Positions 53,126 through 64,000 of a stretch of DNA of 64,000 nt are shown in pieces (the stretch's first letter is position 1; every line of letters starts with the position of its first letter). The stretch is from Rhynchobatus australiae. Taxonomy: Eukaryota. Position numbers and translations under genes: made by a program. The stretch lies in NCBI GenBank assembly GCA_034780895.1, contig JAUZTB010000069.1:13747395-13811394 (forward strand). Direction: 5' to 3'. The notes under the pieces are model-generated. The model was not told the origin of the DNA and made no database searches. It saw nothing but the letters and a program-made list of their open reading frames with translations.

Positions 53126-55575
53126 CCTGTGGCAACAGCCTTTTGAGTTGTCTCTCGCCACTTTAGCAAAAATACATCTTGTGCACAATTCAGGTAAATT
53201 TATGTACAATTATTTAACAACCATCTGCTTCCATTCAGAAATCAAAGAGGTAAAATAATCAGTCCAGTAAAAAAATAAATGTTACTATCTTACCAAGCTC
53301 ACATGCATACTTGATGCAAACATGACTATTATAATCCCATACCCAATGGTGGTATCTGTCATCCACTTATTATTTTCAAAATGCTAATCGAGATTCCTGA
53401 CTAACTACATGTGGTGTGTGGCTAGTATTGGACAACACTGGTGTTGTGTACTCCGAGTCAAGATTGCCCTCTGTGGCAACATCTGCACTGCTGTGAGAAG
53501 TGGTCCTTCTTACTTGTCCCACAGTTGGGGTGGTCACCAGTGTAGGCATAGCTGTCTCTCACCCCCTCACTCCAGTACCACATCCTGTCTTCATTTATAA
53601 GATGGGACACTAAATTTCAACAGATTTTTCCATTGCGGTGGGACTCAACATTGAAAACTGACGCACTTTACAACAGGAAACATTGGGTGGTGATTAAGAA
53701 CAGTGTCATGAAAATTGTCAAATGGTTTGGAATATAAAAATAATCTGTGTATATCTGGCTGACTGATTCTGAGATGAAGCATTCACTTCCTGAGAACTTG
53801 GAATACACAATTAGCAGAGTCTGCACAGTTAAAGGAGCCAGGGTTACTAATGTTCCAGGATCATCCTGGAGATCATTGGAATTAAAAATGAATCCCTGAG
53901 GAAAAATCATGCAACTTTTGCCATTGACATCGATTACTTTTATTCCATTTTACAAGTATTGGAGATTGGAGGGTGGGGAAGTATTCTTTGATTGACAACC
54001 GGTAATCATCCAATGGTTAACAAAAGATCGGTTCACTTTCCAATCAGCTGTGAGAAAGTGGAGCACTGTGAAGATGGATGTGTCATCTGACCAATGGGAT
54101 GAGTGAGGGAGCAAAGTGGCTTGATGATCCTTCCAGGAATAAATCACACTAGAGCTGGCAATCATGAAAGAGATATCACTCATTACCTGGGACCTTCCCC
54201 AGGCTTCTTGAATGAAGGCAGTCCTTCAGTGATTTCCAAATATTAGACTGGTTTCCAAGAATCTACTTATTGTGGTGTAGAATGTACTCAGCAACTGCAC
54301 ATCCAAGACTTCATGGTCCTCTGACTGATGAAATCTCACTTCACTTCAGTCCTAATCCTCATCTTAAAACAATAGCCCCTTCTTTTATTCTCTCCAGCCT
54401 GAGAAAGGGACTCTCAGCCTCTGTCCTGTCTAAGCATTCAGTGGAAGCCTTCACAGGGCACAACAGTGACTGAGTGGGATACAGGAGAAATGTCCTGGGA
54501 GGGGCAAAGGCTAAAGCAGTGGAGGGTGAGGGTGGTTGAATGCTTCTGGATTGATGTGGCACTTCCTTTGAGGATTAGGAACTATTTACATGGAACTTTC
54601 CCTCAGGAGAGTAAATATTGGAGAACTATNNNNNNNNNNNNNNNGGTTATACAGATTCTGTGGAATTAGCTGGTTAGGTGGGTTGAATGAACCTTTCTTT
54701 TTCCATTCTTGACGTTGTTAAAAATTTAGCCCAATGAAAGGATCCACATTGAAAGAGACATTTCTCAAGCTGAGATTTGACCCTTCCTCAGCTTGGGTCA
54801 GATCGGCCATCATAAGCCCTCCACACAACGAGGTTTAATATAAGTGGCAATTTTTAATTTAAAAAAATAGTAATTGAAAGAATTTTCTACTTTCAGAAAA
54901 TGTTGAGGAGAAAATTATTTAGTTTGAAGAATAGATTATCAACTGGGGGGTTGGGGTAGTTCATATTGCCAGATGTTGCCATGGGGTTGGGTCAGGGTGG
55001 GGAATTGAGTGGCAGGGATTGTGTGCCCCTTGATATCTTCATGTGGTCCCCAGGAGCTGTAAGCATATTTAGAGGTCTGAGGAATTACAAATAATTCCAG
55101 TGGATTTGAGGACAATGTGAATGTTTTTAGGAACTCTGGGGATATCTATACTGTGTATGGATTCAATGAGAATCCCAGGACCACATGAATCATTTCAAGG
55201 GCCTAACTACACTAACAATATTTTGGGAGGTGGTATTGCCATTGGGTATATAATTTCATTTATGGTGTTCCTGGAAATGTGTGGCTTCTAGGAAGAGTCT
55301 CTTTCTCAGATGAGTTTGAAAATCTCTGCCTTTCAATAACCCCAGAAAGATCAAAATAATCCAAAGATCAAAACTTTTAAGTTTATTTTGATGCCGAACT
55401 CTGAACCCTGCCACATTTCCAAAGGGGTGTTCAGCAATTTACACTGAGGGGCTCGGATGTCTCCAATGGAAAGGAGGTTCCTTCTTCTGAGAAGGAACAC
55501 GGCAGAGTGATTTGCTGAAAACATTTGTTTATTTCTGGTTACAATCTAACACTTACTTTCCACCATGTTAAGCAG

Positions 55576-55749
55576 CAAAGCGAGAGTGAAGAGAACGGCT
55601 CTGGTGACAGCTTCATGCACTCGATGGACCCCCAGCTGGAGAGACAGGTGGAGACCATCCGCAACCTGGTTGACTCATACATGGGAATTGTCAACAAGAC
55701 CATCCGGGACCTCATGCCCAAGACAATCATGCATCTCATGATCATTAAC
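55576..55749 (+). CDS. DNM1: Dynamin-1 PH-GED linker/GED exon ([58 protein letters not shown]), 174 nt
   Basis: Acceptor ttaagcag (tandem AAG/CAG, so 55573 is an alternative start) and donor AAC|gtgagc. [25 protein letters not shown] is a DNM1 signature. Confidence 0.96.
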
Positions 55750-56846
55750 GTGAGCACCCATTTCAGTTCCTTATGTCTCCCTTAGAATGTGTCTGTCAGG
55801 GTTCCAGTTCATGAAAACGGATTTGGGGGTGCTAAATGTGGCTAAAGCGCTGAACTTCTTAAAAATTTTTCTTGAGATGTAAACACCATTGTCAAAGGAA
55901 GGTGTTCATTGGCCATCTAGAGATGGACTGAGAAGATCTTGGTGGTCTGGCAGCTGGTTCCTAGGTTTTGACTCAGCACCGATATCAGATCTCTTAATTG
56001 GGTTGTTGTGGGAGGGAGAGCTGAGGCCAGTCATGTTCCCCTACAACTGCTGCCCTTCCCAGTCCAGGAGCATGCCGGTTTGGGAGGTGCTGCCGGTAGC
56101 CGCGAAGACTAATGGGACATTCAGTCTTTATGAATATGAATGCAATTCTTTCTTAGTGCCAAAATGCATCCAGCCTGGATTAATTTCATTGCCGTGCCTG
56201 CCTTGTTATCCATTGAATTTCAAAGGATCCCACTCTGATCATTCCAATCAGAGGCCTTACTGCAATATCTCACTAGGATCAGGGTCACATCTTCGGAAGT
56301 GAGGTCCCTGGTTCCTCTTTTCCATTATTGAAGAACCCCTTTAGTTTCTGAAGTTCTGGGGACCTGCTATTCTGTGCCAATGCTGACAAGCTCCTCTCTG
56401 CTGGTTGTCCACCTTATGGGAAGATTATTGGACCAAACACTGGAGCTAGTGTTTTCAACAAGCTTAGAGGTTAATCAGGTTGGGAAGCTCAAAGGAGGGC
56501 TTGAGCCTGATCCTGATCCTGGGCCTAGATTTGGGCCATAATCTTCACCTTGGTGTGATCACGTCTGGGTTTGGTGCTAGGACTGGACCTGGGTTTGATC
56601 CTCGGCTTGGGGTCTGAGCCTGGAATTAAGTTTGACTCTGGCCCTGTGACTAAGTCACTAAGCCTTCACCAGGACCATTGCCTAGCCCTGGGCCTGAGCC
56701 GGTGCTCGGGTTTGTGCCCAATCTTAATCGTGTCCAGGATCCCAGCCATTCGCTCGACATTTGGATGGTTTAGCTGTCATTTATAAAGGGATTAAAACTC
56801 TGCTCAGGACTAACTGAAGTCCTTGGTCTTTGCTTTTTCCTCACAG

Positions 56847-57088
56847 ACAAAAGACTTCATTCACTCGGAGCTCCTTGCCCAGCTCTACTCCTGTGCAGAC
56901 CAGAACGTCCTGATGGAAGAGTCTCCCGAGCAGGCACAGCGCCGTGAGGAGATGTTACGGATGTATCATGCCCTGAAAGAAGCCTTAAGTATCATTGGTG
57001 ACATCAACACCAGCACCATCAGCACTCCCCTCCCACCACCTGTAGATGACTCCTGGCTGGGAGTCAGGGACATACCATCTGGGCGACG
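56847..57088 (+). CDS. DNM1: Dynamin-1 GED exon ([20 protein letters not shown]...[18 protein letters not shown]), 242 nt
   Basis: Acceptor tttttcctcacag and donor CG|gtaggt. The translation matches the dynamin GED. Confidence 0.97.
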
Positions 57089-57231
57089 GTAGGTAAACCC
57101 AAGTCCTACCCTCCTCTGACCTGATTGGTGCAAAGGGATAATACAGCCATGATGTGCTCTTTCTGTGTGGTAACCATCTCGCTCTCTGTGATAATGCACC
57201 ATTAATGATTTCCATCGGTTTCTTCCCCCAG

Positions 57232-57462
57232 ATCTCCGACCTCAAGCCCGACGCCACAGAGGAGAGCTCCTGCCGTTCCCCCCGTCAGGCCTCTGTCCCG
57301 AGGCCCTGCCCCAGGTCCACCACCGCCTGCTGGACCACCTCCTCAAGGACCCCCCGGGAGTGCCCCTCCAATTCCCTCTCGTCCTGGGGCCTCTCCTGAT
57401 CCATTTGGGGCTCCACCTCAGGTCCCCTCCAGGCCTAACCGAGCTCCACCCGGGGTCCCCAG
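57232..57462 (+). CDS. DNM1: Dynamin-1 proline-rich domain exon ([17 protein letters not shown]...[15 protein letters not shown]), 231 nt
   Basis: Acceptor tttcttcccccag and donor AG|gtaaga, phase 2/2. Contains the [10 protein letters not shown] phospho-box and the PSRPNR SH3-binding motif. This reading frame is not in the supplied ORF track and was translated by hand. Confidence 0.97.
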
Positions 57463-57949
57463 GTAAGATTTCTTTGATTTCTTGCGCAGAGAATGAAGTG
57501 GAGATTAGGTGACTGTGCCAATGCCTTGACCTGGCGATGCTCCTGTGTATTGATTAAAATGGTGGTCTACCCATTTTGGTGGGACAAGACTGAGCAGCGG
57601 TTAGGGATCACAACCAGCACAATTCTCATACAACTACTCACACCAACTCTCCATGTGATCTCCCATTTCACTTCTACCCAATGGTAATAGTCCAATTCAG
57701 GTAGTTCTTTGATCTCCAGTAGTTCAGACTCACCTTGAGCTGTCAAGCACCTCCCCCGATCTACCTATTTGATTGGTGTGCTTTACCGACTCCATTCCCT
57801 GTAAATCAAGTGATATTCTCAGATTATTGAGGTTGTAGAATGGACTCAGTGCCCAGAAGGTAAGGAGGATGGAACAGTGTAGGGGAGCAAAATGGACAAT
57901 GATAAATCCTTTCTCAGCAAGGATAAGTAAGAGCATATCTCCAGTCAGA

Positions 57950-58590
57950 GTCAGAGCAGGGCAAAACAGTAAAAAGATGAAGCCATAGACTCTTTGTCTG
58001 AATTCAAAATAGAATGGGTAAGTAAATGACACAAGTAGAAATAAGTGAGTAAAATCTAATTGGCATTATAGGGATGTGATTGCAAAGCAATCAAGATGGG
58101 GGTCTAAATATTCCAGGATACTTAACTTTTAGAAGAGTTAAGCAAAATGGAAAAAAGGAATTGGGGCAATCCTTATTTTAAAGGACAGGATAAAGGGAGA
58201 GCACGGATCTTAGAAAAGCAATAGGTAGAGGATCGGATTGGGCAGAGCTGAGAAATAGGTGCCAGTTATCTGTGGACCCCTAAACAGTACAGGTAATGTA
58301 GTGAACACTATATATCAGGAAATTAGAGGTAAATTAGAGGTGCATGCATCTAAGGAATGCAATAATCATGAGGGGCAGGGCAAACCAACTTAACAGTAAC
58401 AGTGTGGAAGATTTGGACTGTTTTAGGGATGGTTTTCCAGATCAATGTGTTGAGAAACCAGTGAAGGAAGAAATGAACTTCGATCTAATATTTTGTAATG
58501 AGAAAGGATTCATTAACAACCTCGAAATTAAGGTATCTTCAGGGAACAGTGATCATAATATAATAGGATTTTTATTAAAAACGTGAAAAT
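57950..58590 (+). mobile_element. Degraded CR1 endonuclease-region remnant
   Basis: Fragments LNIPGYLTFRR and DLIFCNEKGFINNL......GNSDHNII. Confidence 0.7.
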
Positions 58591-59832
58591 TTAGTTAGGT
58601 ATAAAATCTTGGTTAGGAAAATTATGCTCCGAAGGTTGCAAATCTATGTAATTCTCATTCCAAGCAGGCTATGGAAGTTGAGTCAACAAAGAGATTAATA
58701 GACTTACTTATTTATTATTGTACAAGAGGCCATTTGGCCCATTGCTGGCTTCCAGCAAAGTGGAAAAACAGTTCCTCTTCCTTTAGAAACAAAACTGATC
58801 AGCTGATCATTCATCTCATTGCCATTGGTGAGATTTGCCTGCAGTTTAACTCTCCAGCTCTTTCCCTTTTCTTGTCTAGCTGTCTTTTGTCTTCAGTGTT
58901 TTCCCTCTCTCTTACTCACATGCTCCATCTCTCTTCCTGCAACCTATCTTGCTTTTCAAACTTTGTGCTCCTTTCTCGCTTTCCTGCTTATTTTTCTGTT
59001 TACCGAACCTACCTGTGTATTTCTCTCACTTCCTCCCTTCCGATGTAGCTGTGTCTGAACATTTCGTTCTGTATTGGTATTTTTTGTGATTTTGCTCTTT
59101 TTGCCTGTCTTGTTTGTCTCTCTATTTCGACTTCTCTGCTTGGTTATCTGTGTTTCTACTTGTGTTTCTCCTCTCTCTGTCATTTTCTGTTCAGCTGCCT
59201 GCCTCTGTGTGTGTGCATGTGCGTGTGTGTGGTGTGTGTGTCTTTTTCTGTCCAGCTCTACACCAATCCAACTGTGTGCATCTCTCTGTCTATTTGCCTC
59301 TGCCTAGCTAACTCCTCTCCTTTTCCTCCCTCCCTCGCACCACTTTTCTTTTGCTCTTTCTCTCCTTACACGTATCCCCAACTGGCTTCTTTTAATAGCT
59401 TTTCCTGCAAACAGTTCAAATTTTATATGGTATTTGAATGCATTGAAGTGGTCGATTTTTAAAATCGACCCAGGGCAGAGCTAAAGGGTGCCTCTGGTAC
59501 AGTGGGTGTGCTTATTGCTGGGTCTGTTGAAGGAGGAAGCAGTAGTCTGGCCTGTATGGCCCCATTCACCATGAAACCGCAAGGAAACAGTGGGGCCATT
59601 GACCAGCCTGAGACCAACAGCCTCACATTCCTGATCCATGGTTGAACTCTTGTTTTCCCTTTCATAGCTTTCCCTGGAGACCAGGTATAACTGATGGGTG
59701 CAGCAGTTTAAAACTGTGGTTAATCTTTTATCATCTCACTGATAAAGCCCTACATAATTTTTTTTGAAAACTGTTTAATTTGTATTTATAAAATTATATT
59801 TCATTTAAAATCATGAATATTGAGCCTGCTGT

Positions 59833-59932
59833 CCCACACTCCCTCACACACCGGGACCCCACTTCCCACACTCCCTCACACACCGGGACCCCACTTCCCA
59901 CACTCCCTCACACACTGGGACCCCACTTCCCA
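59833..59932. repeat. 32-bp minisatellite, 3 copies (cccacactccctcacacaccgggaccccactt)
   Basis: Three adjacent units with one substitution in the third. Confidence 0.95.
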
Positions 59933-62360
59933 AGTACCATTTTATCTCCTCAGTACCCTGCTTTCTAGAGTCCCTTGAAACTGACCTGCTTCTGTTTCCC
60001 AACCTCCCAAACTTCCCAGGAAATGTTTCCTGCATTCCCTTTAAACTGTGGGGTTCACTGGAAAATGTTTTATTCCACTGTGTAACAGCTTAAAGAGAAG
60101 TAAATTAACAGTGTGTTGGAGAACTAATAAGAATAACATCCAGAAAATTTGCTGGCCTGGCACCACAAGTTTCAAGTGTGCCAGATTAATGGAATTTTAC
60201 AGTATGGACTAAGATGGATCAAAGAGGGGAGACTGGCAACAAGAATTTAAATATAGTAAAGTCATCCCATGGTGCTTCATAAGGATATTATAAAGAGATA
60301 TTAGGACAGCTGATGAAACTCTTGGTCATAAAGGAAAGATTTAACGAGTGTCTCAGTGAGGAGGGAGAGACAACAAGTTTTAAGGAGGGAATTTCAGAGC
60401 CTGGAGCCTCAGGAGCTGAAGGAACATTTGGGGGAAAGGGGACAGAGCACAGAGGGGTGTCAGTGAGCTGGGACAGTGGGGGTGTTAGCGAGAGATGTGT
60501 GGGCGGGATAGTGGATTCATGGCACTGGGGGAACCAAAGAAAAAAGGTGTAAGGGGGCTACTCCCAAATGGATGAGCCCTGATATCTCCAAAGACCACCA
60601 CCTTTCATGGAAAACCATCATGATCCTGAACTGAACATCATCGTCCATCTCCAGAAGTAGCAGCATCCATATTGGGCAATATTGTACCCCAGATGGTGAT
60701 GGATGTTGTAGTACAATCCCAGCAATGGAGGATTTCTCCCTCATCTGTGCAATTTAGCCAACGAGCCCACATTCTTTTTAAAGAACTAATGATGCTGCTT
60801 TTATTCAGTGGCTGACACAGAAAGGAAGAAGCAGCAGGGCCAAGTCGGGGGGCTCTCTGGAGTCCCACCTACCTTGGTTACCTTCGGTTTGATCATAAAC
60901 CCCTTGAGCTTTCATTCACTTGGTCTAAGAAGTCTTTTAAAATTCTTGGAAGCAATTCCAGCCAGTAACCAATTCCCACGATCCTTTATAAAAACCATCC
61001 ACGTTTCACTGGATTCCTGTGACCAACATCCTATATATAGATCACTCAGCTCCCTTTTGTACATTCCATTTGATCCCAATATTAATTATATTGTGTTTGT
61101 AGAAAGTAAAGGCGGATAAGAAATGGGTGGGATTATAGTGCAAAGGAACATTATGCAGTTTTCATCCCAAGATTTCTGATTTTGCTGAAGAGTTTAAAGA
61201 GAGAATGTCACCCATTTAACTAACCAATAACTTGTAAGGGAAGGAAGGTCCCAATTCTAGTGCCTGTTGTTATATTAGAACAGAGCCCGAGTCCACTGTA
61301 CTAAACCAAAAGGACTAAGCGAGTGTTAATTTACATCAGTGATGATGCAGAAAATAGTGACTGGTCCCTGGAATTTACACTTTTACTCTGTGGTCAAAAA
61401 AAAATTCTGGACTTTGCTGCATCTCGTGGATTGATGGGAAAGAAGAGTGCCTGGAGTTCAGTGGTTGGTGGATGGTGTTCCTTGGTGGGGAGGGGAGAGC
61501 CAGAGAAATTCCCACCAGAACTTTGTTGCCCAATATCCCATCTCCAGACTCAGATGGCCACAGCTGTAATACTGTTGCTGTTGAAGCCAGTTGGGAATTC
61601 AAGCAAAATCACTTTATTCAGAGAGTTGTCAGAAGGAGGAAGTTTTCATCACGTGGAGAGGTTGAGCTGGGTTGTATCGCTGTGTTTAAGAGGAAGTAAG
61701 ATAAATACACGGGAGTATCAAATGTTGGGCTACAGTTGGGGCTGCATGAGGAAGGGAATCTGGGTTCGAGAGCAAAACCATCATCAGTCAGCAGCTGGGT
61801 TGAATGTCGTGCTGTATGCTATAAGTACTATTTAATTCTAACTCCTTCAGAGGAGGAAGAGGGGAGAAGTTTCCACTGTATCCCAGGCTGGTGATCACGT
61901 ACGTGACTGTTCCCCTGTGATGCCCATTTTTATTCTGTGTAACTACTGGGAAGTAAACCCTTGCGTCTCTGTAGCGTGATGGTCACGTACACCTTTAGCC
62001 CATGTTACCTCTTCATTGCCCCTCGCCATATACTCTGCTGAATCCTGCATTCTCTTGCATATAAACAGTCCATTTATGGAGATATTTTGCCAGAGTGACA
62101 ATGCCAAAAGTAGCAGTGAGAACATCAGTAGTGGCCAATGTTCCCTTGGAGAAGGGGGATGGAGGAAGGATTCTCACATACACCTGTGTGCCAGTAGAGG
62201 CAACGCAAATGAATGGTGTGACACCAGGTATATTTAAACTGCTGCCCAAGTCGCATGTATATGGGTTGGAGCACTAACTTGCTAAGNNNNNNNNNNNNNN
62301 NNNNNNNNNNNNNNNNNNNNNNNNNNNNNNNNNNNNNNNNNNNNNNNNNNNNNNNNNNCG

Positions 62361-62382
<22 letters not shown>

Positions 62383-62415
<33 letters not shown>

Positions 62416-62422
62416 GGGGGGG
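62383..62422. repeat. Poly-G tract at gap edge
   Basis: Read directly. May be partly a sequencing artefact. Confidence 0.9.
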
Positions 62423-62458
62423 ACGTGGGGAGTCTTCCACTGAGGGGGAACATCTCAC

Positions 62459-62523
62459 CTGAAGGTGAATATGGCCACAATCCCAAAGGTGACAAACAGC
62501 TGGGCCGTGAGGATCATGTACAC
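62459..62523 (-). CDS. Lifeguard/TMBIM-family next exon, VYMILTAQLFVTFGIVAIFTF (TM1), 65 nt
   Basis: On the minus strand: caacaatag acceptor and CAG|gtgaga donor. It continues RK-VY in frame from 62815-62915 and encodes a hydrophobic first TM helix. Confidence 0.9.
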
Positions 62524-62814
62524 CTATTGTTGGGGGGGGGGGGTGGAAGAGGTGGGGGGAAGAGGTGGAGGGGGAGAGGGGGAGAGGGGAGAGAGGGAGG
62601 AGGAAGGTGGAAGGAAGGAAGGACACAGACATTAGGCCCATACTGCCCATTACAGCTCAACCACCCGAAACCTCCACTCCCCCACCCACCCACCCACCTC
62701 CCCCGTCCATCAGGATGACCCCCTCCGTCTCCGCGGCAACCTCCGGCTCCCACAGCTGACCTCCCGGCCCACTCCCCACCATCCTCCCTCCTCGGTCGCC
62801 TCCCCTGCTCCTAC

Positions 62815-62915
62815 CTTGCGGATGAACGCATGCCGGACCTTGCGGTCATCCCAGGAGCTGGCCGTGAAGCCCTCGTTACCCGCCTCCGGGTTCGGTGTGG
62901 AGCTCCCATAGGGCC
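62815..62915 (-). CDS. Lifeguard/TMBIM-family (TMBIM1/FAIM2-like) internal exon, PYGSSTPNPEAGNEGFTASSWDDRKVRHAFIRK, 101 nt
   Basis: On the minus strand: branch-like cactgac, long pyrimidine tract, cccag acceptor and AAG|gtagga donor. WDDRKVRHxFIRK is the motif before TM1 of lifeguard proteins. Confidence 0.9.
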
Positions 62916-63104
62916 CTGGGACGGGGGGACGGGGGGGGGGGAGGTGAGAGAGAGTCAGTGTCGTCCCCACACCCACAGGATGTCCCGCACCACCCCCCAC
63001 CCTGCACAGACTCATCCCCCACCACAGCAAGCATTAAACCCGTCCCTCTCTGATGAGAGGTGTGTGTAGATAGCGTGAATGGTCACAGTCTCTTTCCCAG
63101 AGAA

Positions 63105-64000
63105 TGACCACAGGACACAGGAGCAGAATGAGGCCATTCAGCCCATCGAGTCTGCTCCACCATTCAATCATGGCTGATTTATTTTTCCCTCTCAACCCCA
63201 TTCTCCTGCCTTCTCCCTGTAACCTTTGACACCCTAACTGATCAAGAACCTCTCAACCTCCACTTTAAATATACCCAATGGCCTCCACAGCCATCTGTGG
63301 AAATGAATTCCACACATTCATCACCCTCCGGCTAAAGAAATTCCTGCTCATCTCTGTTCTGAATGGACATCCTTCTATTCTGAGGCTGTGCCCTCTGGTC
63401 CTAGACTCTCCCACTACCGGAAACATCCTCTCCACATCCACTCTATCCAGGGCTTTCGATATTTGGTAGGTTTCAATGAGATTCCCCCTCATCCTTCTAA
63501 ACTCAAGCGAGTACAGGCCCAGAGCCATCAAACATTCCTCATATGTTAACCCTTTCATACCTGGGATCATTCCTGTAAACCTCCTCTGGACTATCTCCAA
63601 TGCCAGCACATCCTTCCTTAGATGTGGGGCCCTAAGCTAATCACAATACTCCAAATGTGGTCTGACCAATGCCTTATAAAGCCTCAGCATTACATCCTTG
63701 CTTTTATATTCTAGTGCTCTCAAAATGAATACTAACATTGCATTTGCCTTCCTTACTGCCGACTCAACCTGCAAGTTAACCTTTAGGGAATCCTGTACTA
63801 GAACTCCCAAGTCCCCTTGCACCGCCGATTTCTGAATTCACCCCCATTTAGAAAATTGTCTGTGCCTTTATTCCTTCTAACAAAGTGCATGACCGTACAC
63901 TTCCCTATGCTGTATTCCATCTGCCACTTCTCCCAACCTGTCCAAGTTCTTCTGCAGACTCCCTGCTTCCTCAACACTACCTGCCCCTCCACCCATCCTT
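63105..64000 (-). mobile_element. CR1 LINE 3' portion, relatively well preserved
   Basis: Minus ORFs WQMEYSIGKCTVMHF, DLGVLVQDSLK...LYKALVRPHLEYC and ALEIVQRRFTGMIPGMKGLTYEE, followed by the 3' UTR. Confidence 0.92.

Noticed and set aside
57154-57399. Supplied 81-aa ORF over the PRD exon
   Set aside because: Wrong frame. The phase-2 splice from 57088 gives the SPTSSPTP frame.
59833-59932. 32-bp repeats of CRISPR-like length
   Set aside because: The units are adjacent with no spacers, and the context is vertebrate. It is a minisatellite.
61895-61906. Palindrome tcacgtacgtga with HRE-like cores
   Set aside because: Too short to support without conservation data.

Overview
Vertebrate genomic DNA from a gappy draft assembly. 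The repeat content (CR1 LINEs, V-SINE-like and Deu-domain SINEs, palindromic Penelope-like elements) points to a cartilaginous fish (inference). The window covers the 3' part of dynamin-1 (DNM1, + strand): two PH-domain exons (38582-38691, 44807-44918), a 12-nt microexon (52778-52789, DKEN), a middle/GED exon (55576-55749), a GED exon (56847-57088) and the proline-rich exon (57232-57462). No preceding PH exon and no recognisable terminal exon were found. The >38.5 kb intron at the start carries an antisense miR-199 hairpin whose 3p arm is exact at 23138-23159 and whose 5p arm is lost in an N gap; a candidate acceptor and poly(A) site for its host transcript flank it. After the last N gap, two GC-rich minus-strand exons of a lifeguard/TMBIM-family gene (62459-62523, 62815-62915) converge on DNM1, either as a nested gene or through a scaffolding error. 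The most unusual observation is a family of roughly 130-215 bp fold-back elements, at least five with 12-15 bp target-site duplications and several with degenerate hammerhead-ribozyme-like cores. Nearly all ORFs in the supplied track are noise, N-runs or LINE fragments. I see no prokaryote-type novel system.
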